Below, piece by piece: positions 38,901-47,149 of a stretch of 64,000 nt of DNA (positions within the stretch are counted from its first letter, which is position 1; every line of letters begins with the position of its first letter). The notes beneath the pieces were generated by a model. The model saw only the letters and a list, made by a program, of their open reading frames with translations, made no database searches and was not told where the DNA came from. Source of the DNA: an uncultured Actinomycetes bacterium (lineage in GTDB: Bacteria > Actinomycetota > UBA4738 > HRBIN12); the NCBI GenBank assembly GCA_963775755.1, contig CAVZKB010000001.1, positions 80,011 through 144,010 on the forward strand. Direction: 5' to 3'. The position numbers were made by a program, and so were the translations under genes.

Positions 38901-39139
38901 AGATCGAGAGTCGTGACGGTGGTGGCTCGGCGTTCCGCGTGTTCTTGCCCGACGGCGGACCGTCCGGCGAGACCAACGCGTCCGTGGAGGACGACGCGGT
39001 CGAGGAGGACGAGCCGGCCGCCCCAGGCACGCTGCAGATCGTGGTGGCCGAGCCGGAGCAGGAGAGCACCGACGCGTGGAGCGGCTCGGAGGAGCAGCTG
39101 TTCGTGCAGGAGCTGCACCGGCTGCACGCGGAGGACTGA
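35903..39139 (+). CDS. 1078-aa membrane protein: two TM helices flanking a periplasmic domain, roughly 600-aa cytoplasmic coiled coil, C-terminal degenerate histidine-kinase-like DHp/CA domain
   Basis: TM1 LLLALAALLAVGAV, TM2 ILMTTGLIITLLVLY; heptad-rich E/A/R/L region with tandem LAEREAELQ repeats; DHp-like helix LALDAKKSLSHILGLTQIM; CA-like end ...GGSAFRVFLP without clear N/G1 boxes. Confidence 0.55.
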   Translation: MAGQRSIYRIARTLLLALAALLAVGAVGSMFLGSRAVSQAKASAVDQARTIVDNSLPLTLSPGDVGSPATDAKADLITAKITPVILDPSAWDDVAIWSLDGQIVYSTDRSLIGQRPEEARTSVRDATERGITSSEQNDGMFSVLIPLRFRTDGPVSAAIQMARPDDLIAAAGRPWRYNAILMTTGLIITLLVLYRVMRLTASASANLSFTPSTRDRVAPIPIGVGQRSIEASAPGLREEADARKKAEDRAVAAEERLKVIQDQYRKTLEELHVTQRVLQERPVPSGTDPEIEARLLKAEGNATLLETQLNAMSTERDRLARHIAEQAKAKVDKADPELDRKTRQVEQEAIGLRAELEGAQTELSVTRRELDALKAQAAHAQEIQQDLDNAHVEALHAREAAETAESELARATAELSDVHNELRALRTEEQKASVFGEELRAARAEIESLKASHSADLIEREAELETRVRTAREEFQAQLGQTEARAQRELADREEALTKEAASAVGELRQAAAEREAELQTKLAEREAELQHRLAERESELQEQISEQAALLEQRLAQREAELTARVAEVEGAADTTKNQLGTANAELETLRGELQAAKDEIEAFTHDGSSRNEQVAKANEELVRSRTEIETLQQELAEIQRGREAAETKLQNATREREALERELAAASAEVQAELARGVELSTKAEIAEEELRAAREAASGAEDDLRAVRAEKESLAAAFEEAKARHAAEIATAAAKPDLEEVLRASQERLASQTEKLIEVEERAHSAERQFADSVVRLEEVEAELRHLQMEKALHDLQSERPALESATAVDATIPNVPLEDRRASSPFTKELALDAKKSLSHILGLTQIMKYKKDSKDQTQLIKQLTAAARRLDHTVADLAEADSLAHGVVDLTIKRTDLEALVKRVVDESGIGSDHDVRIDSQSLVVGVDALRVEQVLGGMLRTCGDRTATGKAITVRLSPMDGGALISVEDPEPSSDGTLSPVITRFAEMQGGWTKIESRDGGGSAFRVFLPDGGPSGETNASVEDDAVEEDEPAAPGTLQIVVAEPEQESTDAWSGSEEQLFVQELHRLHAED
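37437..37601 (+). repeat. 33-nt (11-aa LAEREAELQxx) tandem repeats x3-4 inside the coiled-coil gene
   Basis: gccgagcg(c)gag(g)c(a)gagctgca...ctc repeated head-to-tail at 37437, 37470, 37503 and a diverged copy at 37569. Confidence 0.6.
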
Positions 39140-39157
39140 ACACCCCGCCTTACGTCG

Positions 39158-40318
39158 CTAGTCCAAGAGCTTCAGGAGCTCCCGCGATATCACCAGCCGT
39201 TGGATCTGGTTCGTGCCTTCGTAGATCTGGGTGATCTTCGCGTCGCGCATGAACCGTTCCGCGGGGTACTCCCGGACGTAGCCGTACCCCCCCAGGACCT
39301 GCACGGCATCCGTCGTGACCGCCATGGCCGCATCCGAAGCGAAGCACTTCGCGACGCTCGAGTGGAACGGCATCCGCGGGTCGCCCGCGTCGCACGCCGC
39401 GAGCGCCCGATACGTGAGCACCCGCGCCGCCTCGACCTTCATCGCCATGTCCGCGAGCATGAACTTGATCCCCTCGAAGTCGACGATCCGCTCGCCGAAC
39501 TGCTTGCGTTCGCTCCCGTACGCGAGCGCGAGGTCGAGCGCTCCTTGCGCGATCCCCACGGCCTGTGCCGCGATCACCGGACGAGAGTGATCCAGTGTCC
39601 GCATCGCGATCGAGAACCCTTCCCCTTCCTCGCCAACCATCCGATCCATCGGGATGCGACACGCGTCGAGGATCACCTCACGCGTGGGCGAACCCTTGAT
39701 TCCCATCTTCTTCTCCGGCTTGCCGAACGAGACGCCGGGGTCCTCGCGCATCACGAGGAACGCCGAGACGCCTTTCGCGCGAAGCGCCGGATCCCGGGTC
39801 GCGAACACCAGGTACGCATGTGACACCCCGGCGCCCGTGATGAAGCGTTTGGTCCCGTTCAGCACGACATGGTCGCCGTCGCGTTCGTACCGCGTGGTCA
39901 TGGCGGCGGCGTCGGAGCCCGCGCCGGCTTCGGTGAGCGCGTACGACATCAGGATGTCGCCGCGGCAGATGCCCTGCGTCATGGATCGTCGTTGTTCGTC
40001 GGTGCCGGCCAGCATCAGCGGGATCACGCCGAGCTTCGAAACGATCGGCGTCAGCGACACACCGGCGGACACGCGCGAGAGCTCCTCGATGAACACGCCG
40101 AACGCGAGCGCGCCGCCGCCAGACCCGCCGTCAGCCTCGGGGTATCCGACACCCATCAGATCGTTGTCGACGAGGACCTGGTAGACGTCCTCGGGCCATT
40201 CGTCGGTCTCGTCGATCTCGGCGGCCCGAGGCCCGATCCTCTCCTCGGCGATGCGCCGGACGAGCGAGCGGAACTCCTCCAGCTCTTCCGGCAGCTCGTA
40301 GCGTCGGTCGTCCATCAC
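39158..40318 (-). CDS. acyl-CoA dehydrogenase
   Basis: ACAD N/M/C domains, catalytic glutamate region …YEGTNQIQRLVISRELL. Confidence 0.9.
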   Translation of the reverse strand: MMDDRRYELPEELEEFRSLVRRIAEERIGPRAAEIDETDEWPEDVYQVLVDNDLMGVGYPEADGGSGGGALAFGVFIEELSRVSAGVSLTPIVSKLGVIPLMLAGTDEQRRSMTQGICRGDILMSYALTEAGAGSDAAAMTTRYERDGDHVVLNGTKRFITGAGVSHAYLVFATRDPALRAKGVSAFLVMREDPGVSFGKPEKKMGIKGSPTREVILDACRIPMDRMVGEEGEGFSIAMRTLDHSRPVIAAQAVGIAQGALDLALAYGSERKQFGERIVDFEGIKFMLADMAMKVEAARVLTYRALAACDAGDPRMPFHSSVAKCFASDAAMAVTTDAVQVLGGYGYVREYPAERFMRDAKITQIYEGTNQIQRLVISRELLKLLD

Positions 40319-40327
40319 TAGTCTGTT

Positions 40328-41512
40328 TCAGACTACACGCCGGATGACCAGCGCGTCGCCCTGTCCCCCGCCCCCGCAGAGGGCCGCCGTACCGACGTCG
40401 ATACCCCGGCGGCGCATCTCCATGGCAAGCGTCAGCACCAGACGGGCGCCGCTCGCCCCGATCGGGTGACCGAGCGCGATCGCTCCCCCGTTCACGTTGA
40501 CGATGTCGTCTCCGATCCCGAGCGTGCGGGACGCGTGGATCGCCACCGCGGCGAACGCCTCGTTGATCTCGACGAGGCCGAGCGTGCCGACGTCCAGCCC
40601 GGCACGCTTCAACGCGGCCTCGATCGCGAGCGCGGGCACCGTCTGCAAGGACGAGTAGGCGCCGGCCGCCATGCCGTATGCCTCGATCGACGCGATCGGC
40701 TCGAGCTGGAGTCGCGCGGCCGCCTCTTCGCTGGCGACGACGACGGCGGCGGCGCCGTCGGAGATCTGCGACGCGTTCCCCGCGGTGGCCGTCCCGTCCG
40801 CCGTGAACGCCGGTGGAAGCGCGGCCAGCGACTCCAGGCTGGTGTCGGGCCTGATCCCTTCATCGCGGTCGAAGATCACGGGATCGCCCTTCCGATCTGG
40901 CACCTCGACCGCCACGACCTCCTCGGCCAGCCGCCCGGCGTCCCACGCATCGATCGCCCGTCGGTGCGAGCGTTCCGACCACGCGTCCTGGTCAGCGCGC
41001 TCGAGGCCCAGTTCGCGGCTCACGATGTCGGTGCCCTCGCCCATGTGGTGATCGTGGAAGCTCGACCAGAGTCCGTCGTGGATCATCGAGTCGACGAGCG
41101 CCGCATCGCCCAAGCGCGATCCGTCGCGCGCCTTCGGGATCAGGTACGGCGCGTTGGTCATCGACTCCATCCCGCCAGCCACGGCGATCTCGAGCTCGCC
41201 CGCGCGGATCATCTGGTCGGCCATCGCGATCGCGGAGAGCCCCGACAGGCAGACCTTGTTCACCGTGATCGCGGGGACCTCCTTGGGGATACCCGCGCCG
41301 ACGGCCGCCTGGCGAGCCGTGATCTGACCCGTGCCGGCCTGGATCACGTGCCCCATGATCACGTACTCGACCTGGTCCGGCGACACACCCGATCGATCGA
41401 GCGCCGCGCGGATGGCGATCGCTCCGAGGTCCACGGCATCGAACCCCGCCAGCGAACCGCGGAACTTCCCGATCGGCGTGCGGGCGCCGGCGATGATGAC
41501 CGACCGCGTCAT
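40328..41512 (-). CDS. acetyl-CoA C-acetyltransferase (thiolase II)
   Basis: active-site Cys VNKVCLSGL, …NVNGGAIALGHPIGASGARL…, CGGGGQG. Confidence 0.9.
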   Translation of the reverse strand: MTRSVIIAGARTPIGKFRGSLAGFDAVDLGAIAIRAALDRSGVSPDQVEYVIMGHVIQAGTGQITARQAAVGAGIPKEVPAITVNKVCLSGLSAIAMADQMIRAGELEIAVAGGMESMTNAPYLIPKARDGSRLGDAALVDSMIHDGLWSSFHDHHMGEGTDIVSRELGLERADQDAWSERSHRRAIDAWDAGRLAEEVVAVEVPDRKGDPVIFDRDEGIRPDTSLESLAALPPAFTADGTATAGNASQISDGAAAVVVASEEAAARLQLEPIASIEAYGMAAGAYSSLQTVPALAIEAALKRAGLDVGTLGLVEINEAFAAVAIHASRTLGIGDDIVNVNGGAIALGHPIGASGARLVLTLAMEMRRRGIDVGTAALCGGGGQGDALVIRRVV

Positions 41513-42018
41513 GGGTCGAGTCTACCGTCGCGCCACAGCTCGAAGATCGCGACGCTGTCGGGACAGAATTCCTCATCCCGCAGCATCCGGTCGAGCTCGC
41601 CGACGGTCACGAACCCACCCCACGCGATCTCCTCCGGCTGCGGGGTGATCGGTCCGTTCCATGTGACCTCGTAGAGGCGCATCAGGGCACGCTCGAACGG
41701 ACCGTCGAAGGTGTGTCGAGCACGCTCGCGGAGCTCGACGCCGTTGATGCCGGTCTCCTCGGCGAGCTCCCGGCGGGCGCCGTCCGTCCACGACTCCGCG
41801 CTCGCGAGCACGCCTCCCACGACCATGTCGTACAAGCCGGGATAGACGTCCTTCGTCTCCGTACGGCGATGCACCCAGATCTCGCCGGCATCGTTGCGGA
41901 CCGCGATCTCGGCGCACCGATGACGGAGGTTACGCCTCCGCATCTCGGCACGGGTCACGACGTCGAACACTCGATCGCCTTCGTCGACGATATCGACCAG
42001 CTCATCCCCAGCGTCCAC
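41509..42018 (-). CDS. NUDIX hydrolase
   Basis: Nudix box GGVLASAESWTDGARRELAEETGI. Confidence 0.8.
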   Translation of the reverse strand: MDAGDELVDIVDEGDRVFDVVTRAEMRRRNLRHRCAEIAVRNDAGEIWVHRRTETKDVYPGLYDMVVGGVLASAESWTDGARRELAEETGINGVELRERARHTFDGPFERALMRLYEVTWNGPITPQPEEIAWGGFVTVGELDRMLRDEEFCPDSVAIFELWRDGRLDP

Positions 42019-42039
42019 GGAGCTGAGGGTACGACCGGA

Positions 42040-43941
42040 TCAGTTGCGGTTGGCGAGCGCCTTCCCGATGACGTCCGCGATCTCGTCGCGGACGAGTTCG
42101 TCCCGTTCGATCAGCGCGTCGCGGAGCGCGGCGTGCACGTCCAGGTTCTCCTCGAGGACCTCACGGACGAGGGCGCGCTGCGCCTCCAAGATGTCTTCCA
42201 CACGTTGTTTCCCGTCGCCGTCGCCCAGGACCTTGGCGACCAGGTTCGTCTGGCTGACCGCGCCTTGTGCGATCGCCTCGTAGCTGATCAGCGAACCGGC
42301 CATGCCGAACGAGCCGACCATCTGTGCCGCGAGGCCGGTCGCGTACGCGAGGTCGGACGCCGGTCCGGTGCCGCTCTCCCCCAGGCAGAGCTCCTCGGCC
42401 ACCAGCCCGCCCAGCGCGATCGCGATCCCGGACTCGACCTCGGAGCGCGTGCGAGTGAAGTGCTCCTCCTCGTCGCCGTGCGCGAGCAGGCCGAGCGAGT
42501 CCCTCCGCTTGATGATCGACAGCACCTCCAGCCGGCGCCCCTTGCCCAGGAAATGCGCCACGGTCGCGTGCCCGGCCTCGTGCGTGGCGACCGCCGCACG
42601 ATCGACGTCGGTGTAGACCACCGGCTGCTTGATGCCGATCTCGTCGGTGAGCTTGGCCTCGTACACGTCGTCGAGCGTCATCGACTTCCGGCCGTCCCGG
42701 AGCGCGATCAGCAACGACTCGTCGAAGAGGTGCTCGAGCATGACTGGCGTGTACCCGAACGTGTCGTGGGACAGACGGTCCCGGACGGACGGCTCGTCCA
42801 TCTGGGGCTCATGCGCCTTGCGCCGCATGAAGAATTCGATCAGGTCGAGCCTGCCCTGCTTGCTCGGCAGGTCGAAGTAGAGGCGACGGTCGAACCGTCC
42901 CGGTCGCAGGAGCGCGGAGTCGAGGGTGTCGGCGCGGTTCGTGGCCGCGATCAACAGGATGTTGTTGTACGCGGGCTTCCCCGCCTTGAGCCGGTTCTCC
43001 GGCGGCAGGTAGGTGTTGATCCACGCCACCACACGGCTCCGGACGCGCTCGAGCCGGGGCGGCTGATCGAACGACTGCATCTGGATGAGGAGCTCGTTCA
43101 CCATGCCGCCGGTGCCGCTCGAGATGGAGTTCGACACCGTACGCGAGAGGCCGTTGAAGATGCCGCCGGGAGCGGGCGTCATCCCGAAGGTGTCACGCGA
43201 CCCGCCGATCGCGTCGATCTCCTCGATGAAGCCGATCGCGCCCCCTTCCTTGCGCGCCGCCTTCCGCAAGGCCTTGAAGAACCCGCGGATGCGCGAAGCC
43301 GTCCCACCGAACCACATCGACTGCGTCGCCGACGCCGACATGAACAGGAACGGCACGCCCGCCTGCTTGGCCATCGCTTTCGCGAGATACGTCTTGCCGG
43401 TCCCCGGCGGCCCTTCGAACAAGATGCCCCGTCGCGGCGTCCCGCCCAGTTCCTCGCGGAACGTCGCGTACCCCAGGAACACGTCGAGCGAGCGCAGGAC
43501 CTCATCGACCTGACCGTCGAGGCCGCTGATCTCCGTCAGACCCACCTCGACCTGCTCCGGGTGGATCATCAGGTGCGGCGAGCGACCCGAGAGCATCGGG
43601 ATCAGCATCATCACCCCGAGCAGACCGACGATGATGAAGAGCGGGAGGAACGCCACCATGTCGGGCGGGATGGTGGGGAGCCGCAGCGGGTTGTGCGTCG
43701 CGAGCCGATACCACAGGTAGGCATCGAACACCGCGATCGCGATGAACGCCCGCACGACCTTGCGCCGTCTCGTCCGCTCGCGCTGTCGGAACACGTCTGC
43801 GCGTCCTCGCTTGAGGAGCAACGATCCTTCAAGATGCGCCTCGACCGACGCTTTCTGGGTCTCGTTCACGCGTCCCACTCCTCGATCCCTCGCCGTGGCA
43901 TCCGCGAGACTAGGCGCCAAAACTACACCCAAAGACATCAC
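42040..43941 (-). CDS. FtsH-like membrane AAA+ zinc metalloprotease paralog
   Basis: TM segment, Walker A GPPGTGKT, Walker B-like IGFIEEID (D to E), second region of homology, HEAGH zinc site. Confidence 0.75.
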   Translation of the reverse strand: MMSLGVVLAPSLADATARDRGVGRVNETQKASVEAHLEGSLLLKRGRADVFRQRERTRRRKVVRAFIAIAVFDAYLWYRLATHNPLRLPTIPPDMVAFLPLFIIVGLLGVMMLIPMLSGRSPHLMIHPEQVEVGLTEISGLDGQVDEVLRSLDVFLGYATFREELGGTPRRGILFEGPPGTGKTYLAKAMAKQAGVPFLFMSASATQSMWFGGTASRIRGFFKALRKAARKEGGAIGFIEEIDAIGGSRDTFGMTPAPGGIFNGLSRTVSNSISSGTGGMVNELLIQMQSFDQPPRLERVRSRVVAWINTYLPPENRLKAGKPAYNNILLIAATNRADTLDSALLRPGRFDRRLYFDLPSKQGRLDLIEFFMRRKAHEPQMDEPSVRDRLSHDTFGYTPVMLEHLFDESLLIALRDGRKSMTLDDVYEAKLTDEIGIKQPVVYTDVDRAAVATHEAGHATVAHFLGKGRRLEVLSIIKRRDSLGLLAHGDEEEHFTRTRSEVESGIAIALGGLVAEELCLGESGTGPASDLAYATGLAAQMVGSFGMAGSLISYEAIAQGAVSQTNLVAKVLGDGDGKQRVEDILEAQRALVREVLEENLDVHAALRDALIERDELVRDEIADVIGKALANRN

Positions 43942-44079
43942 CCGGAATCGGCCCTTCGGTCCACAACGCGGGACCGAATGACCGGCGGCATATGGACATC
44001 GGAGGCTCGTACGGCCGGTACCGTGCGTGATCGGGAGCCGCTAGGGTGTCCGGACCAGCGGCGGAGGGGTCGTGAGTTC

Positions 44080-44460
44080 GTGGCTCGCAAGAAGGGATCG
44101 CCGGTCAGCGTCGGGGACCGAAAGGTCATCGGAGGTCTCCTGCGGGACCTCCGCCGGGCGGCCGGCTACCGCTCGGTCGAGTCCGCGGCGGCCACGAAGG
44201 ACTGCCCGGCCTCCAGGCAGACGATCTATGCGTACGAACGGGGAGGACTCGTGCCCTCGCTCGCGCAATTCCTCGAACTGGTCGAGTTCTTCGTGCTGGA
44301 GGCGCCGTTACCCCAGGCGCCCGGGGCCAAGCTCGAGTCCGACCTGCGTGCACACGGCGTCGCGGCGATCACGCGGGCGTTGACGCTGCCGGCGTATCAC
44401 GTGACCGAGGCGCGGGATCTGATCGCCCGCATGCAGCCCGACGGTGGGGGAAAGACGTGA
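44080..44460 (+). CDS. XRE-like helix-turn-helix transcriptional regulator (GTG start, GGAGGGG RBS)
   Basis: …CPASRQTIYAYERGGLVPSLAQFLELVEFF… HTH; tail of long spurious track ORF 41713..44460. Confidence 0.4.
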   Translation: MARKKGSPVSVGDRKVIGGLLRDLRRAAGYRSVESAAATKDCPASRQTIYAYERGGLVPSLAQFLELVEFFVLEAPLPQAPGAKLESDLRAHGVAAITRALTLPAYHVTEARDLIARMQPDGGGKT

Positions 44461-44864
44461 GCTCGCTGACGGCCATCGACCACGTTGGCATCGCCGTCCT
44501 CGACCTCGAGGAAGCGGTCGAGCACTATCGGCGGACGCTCGGCGTGAAGCCCATCCTTCGCGAACGCGTGCCCGACCAGGGGGTCGAGGAGGTGTTGTTC
44601 GCGGCCGGGGGCTCCTTCATCCAGTTGCTCGGTGCGCTCGCACCCGACACACCCGTCGGCAGGTTCCTCGCGACGAACGGCCCGGGCATCCACCACGTCG
44701 CGTACCGCGTGACCGACGTCGCCTCGACGCTCGATCAGCTGCGGCGCGAGCAGGTGCGACTGATCGACGAGGTCCCGCGGCCGGGCTCGCGCAACACGCT
44801 CATCGCGTTCGTGCATCCAAAGTCGATGGGCGGCGTGCTCGTGGAGCTCGTCGAGGAACGCTAA
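44457..44864 (+). CDS. methylmalonyl-CoA / ethylmalonyl-CoA epimerase (VOC family)
   Basis: IDHVGIAVLDLEEAVEHYRRTLG…GPGIHHVAYRV…; GTGA overlap with upstream HTH gene. Confidence 0.8.
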   Translation: MSSLTAIDHVGIAVLDLEEAVEHYRRTLGVKPILRERVPDQGVEEVLFAAGGSFIQLLGALAPDTPVGRFLATNGPGIHHVAYRVTDVASTLDQLRREQVRLIDEVPRPGSRNTLIAFVHPKSMGGVLVELVEER

Positions 44865-46103
44865 GGAAGGTCCGTGAGCCCCGGCGTCGGCGCTTGGACC
44901 AACACCGCGACGTTGCCTTCAGGGAGCGCCCCGTCACCCATCAGCTGGTGCACATGGCCGACCTGTTCGTACGGATAGGTGGCGCCGAGCGTCGTCCGGA
45001 CCGTGCCGTCGATCACCATCTGGTTGAACGCCGCGGCCTGTTCGTCGTTGAACAGGTGCGAGCCCTGATAGCGCTTCTGCATGTACCAGAGGTAGCGGAC
45101 GTCGATCATGGTGTCGTAGCCGCTCGTTCCCGCGCAGATCACGATCATGCCGCCGCGATCGCAGACGAAGTTCGACGTGGGGACCGTGTCCTGCGCCGGA
45201 TGCTCGAACACGATCTGCGGGCTCTTGCGCTCGCCGAGCACGTCCCAGATCGCCTTCCCGAACGCCTTCGCACCGTCGAACCACGTCTTCCACTCCGGCG
45301 AGTCCCAGGCCGGCGGCACGCCCCAGTGCGTGAACCGCTTGCGGTTGATGTAGCCCTCCGCGCCGAGCGTCTTGCAGTACTCGCCCTTCTCGTCGCTGCC
45401 GACGACGGCGACCGCGCGCCCGCCGGCGTTCACGACGAGCTGGATCGCGAGCGAGCCGAGCCCACCCGAACCGCCCCACACCAGGACCACGTCGCCCGGC
45501 TCGACGACGTTCGGCGGCCAGCCGAACAGCATCCGGTAGGCCGTGCTGCCGGTGAGCGTCGGCGCCGCGGCCTCTTCCCACGTCAGGTGATCGGCCTTGG
45601 GCAGGCACTGGTGTGCCTGCACCTTGGTGAACTGCGCGAACGATCCCCAACACGTGTCGTAACCCCAGACGCGGAACGAATCCGCGAGGCCGGGGTCGCG
45701 CCCCGCCATCACCTTCGGGTCCTCCGGATCCCACTGACCGGCGTGCACCACGACGCGGTCGCCGACCTTCACGTTCGTCACGTCGGAGCCGACGGCGTAC
45801 ACGACGCCACTCGCGTCGGAGCCCACGATGTGGAAGATCGGTCGGCTCTCCCCATCGCGCCTGGGTCTTCGTGACGTCGACCGGCATACCTCTTGCGGCC
45901 CAGACATTGTTGAAGTTCACGCCTCCGGCCATCACCATCACGAGGGCGTCGAGCGGCCCCAGCTCGGGGACGTCGATGACCTCGTCTCGGATCGCCTGCT
46001 CGGGTTCGCCGAACCGGTCGGGACGGACGGTCTGCGCATGCATCTTCGCGGGGACTTCGCCGACCGGCGGAAGCTCGCCGATCTCGTACAGCTCCTTGCC
46101 CAT
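44861..46103 (-). pseudogene. ccr: crotonyl-CoA carboxylase/reductase (ccr) interrupted by a +1/-2 frameshift near 45850
   Basis: N-terminal 85 aa (MGKELYEIGELPPVGEVPAKMHAQTV…VDVTKTQARWGE) in one frame (track ORF 44934..46103), remainder (…RPIFHIVGSDASGVVYAVG… to C-terminus) in another (track ORF 44861..45907); junction at run ggggagag. Confidence 0.6.
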
Positions 46104-46165
46104 GCGGTATCACCCTTCGCGTTGCTCGGACGGTCGGATGCACCCTACAGGGGCTAGGCAGGCGC

Positions 46166-47080
46166 CTACATATCGGGGCGATCGGGCGAGCCGTCCGGGG
46201 CCGGAGGCAACGCCGAGCCGCCCCCGAAGCCGCGACCGGTGAAGCCGGCGGGACCTGAGCCTCGACCGCCTCTGCGAGGACGGAACGACGAGTTCATGTC
46301 CTCGACGCTGAACGCCCCGGACGCCTCACCCGTGGTCGCGTAGCGGTACAGCGCCGCGTTGAACACGCCGGAGCACGCCGCCCCGGCCGCCATCAACACA
46401 CCGATCGCGAGGACCAGGATCGGCACGCCCAGGACCGGAACGGCCGCCGTGATCAGCGCTCCGACCAGCACGACGGGGATCGAGACCAGGAAGAAGGCGA
46501 GCCCGATCGTCGCCTGCCCGATGAACTGCTCGCCCCACCGCTGGCGGAAGATCGCCGCCGAGCGCCTGATCGAATCGCCGACGCCGACGGGCTCGAAGAG
46601 CAGGACGGGAACGACGAAGTAGGTCAGCACGTTCCACGCGATCCCGACGATGCCGAGCAGGATGCGGCCGACGACCCCCGAGCGCTCCTGGATCGTCCGC
46701 AGGATCATGCCGACGGTCGCGGTGACCACCGCCCAGACGAAGATCTTGCCGATGTGCTGCCGGGCGAGCGCGAGACCGTCCGAGATCTTGGCGTCCTGAC
46801 CTTGCAGGCGCTTCATCGCGGTGCCGATCACGGCCGCATTGAAGAAGATCGTCACGAACGCGAGCACCACGTACATCACGAAACCGATCGCGTAGATCCC
46901 GGGACTCAATGACTGGCCCTTCGCCGGCAGCCCGATCCCCCACATGCCCAGTCCGAAGACCGTCATCACGACCAGCGAGCAGAAGAACGAGATGACGGGG
47001 AGCACCAGCAGCTCCCGATCCTGCTTGACGACCGTCCAACTGGCCTTCGCCAGGCGGAACCCGCGCGAGACAGACCCCAT
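46166..47080 (-). CDS. polytopic membrane protein of unknown function with Gly/Arg-rich C-terminal tail
   Basis: 6-7 predicted TM helices; C-terminus RRGGRGSGPAGFTGRGFGGGS. Confidence 0.5.
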   Translation of the reverse strand: MGSVSRGFRLAKASWTVVKQDRELLVLPVISFFCSLVVMTVFGLGMWGIGLPAKGQSLSPGIYAIGFVMYVVLAFVTIFFNAAVIGTAMKRLQGQDAKISDGLALARQHIGKIFVWAVVTATVGMILRTIQERSGVVGRILLGIVGIAWNVLTYFVVPVLLFEPVGVGDSIRRSAAIFRQRWGEQFIGQATIGLAFFLVSIPVVLVGALITAAVPVLGVPILVLAIGVLMAAGAACSGVFNAALYRYATTGEASGAFSVEDMNSSFRPRRGGRGSGPAGFTGRGFGGGSALPPAPDGSPDRPDM

Positions 47081-47149
47081 CCGATCCTCCGTTCGAGACG
47101 AACCGCCTACCGAAGGCTATTCGACACCTGGCGGGTCGTGGGTGCACGT

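Noticed and set aside
35903-39139. Second Rad50/SMC-like ATPase downstream of sbcC
   Set aside because: Despite the long coiled coil there is no Walker A, ABC signature or hinge/zinc hook. Termini are TM helices and a kinase-like domain instead.
41713-44460. 915-aa + strand ORF
   Set aside because: Antisense to the FtsH-like and NUDIX genes for most of its length; only the last 126 codons (44080..44460) look like a real HTH gene.
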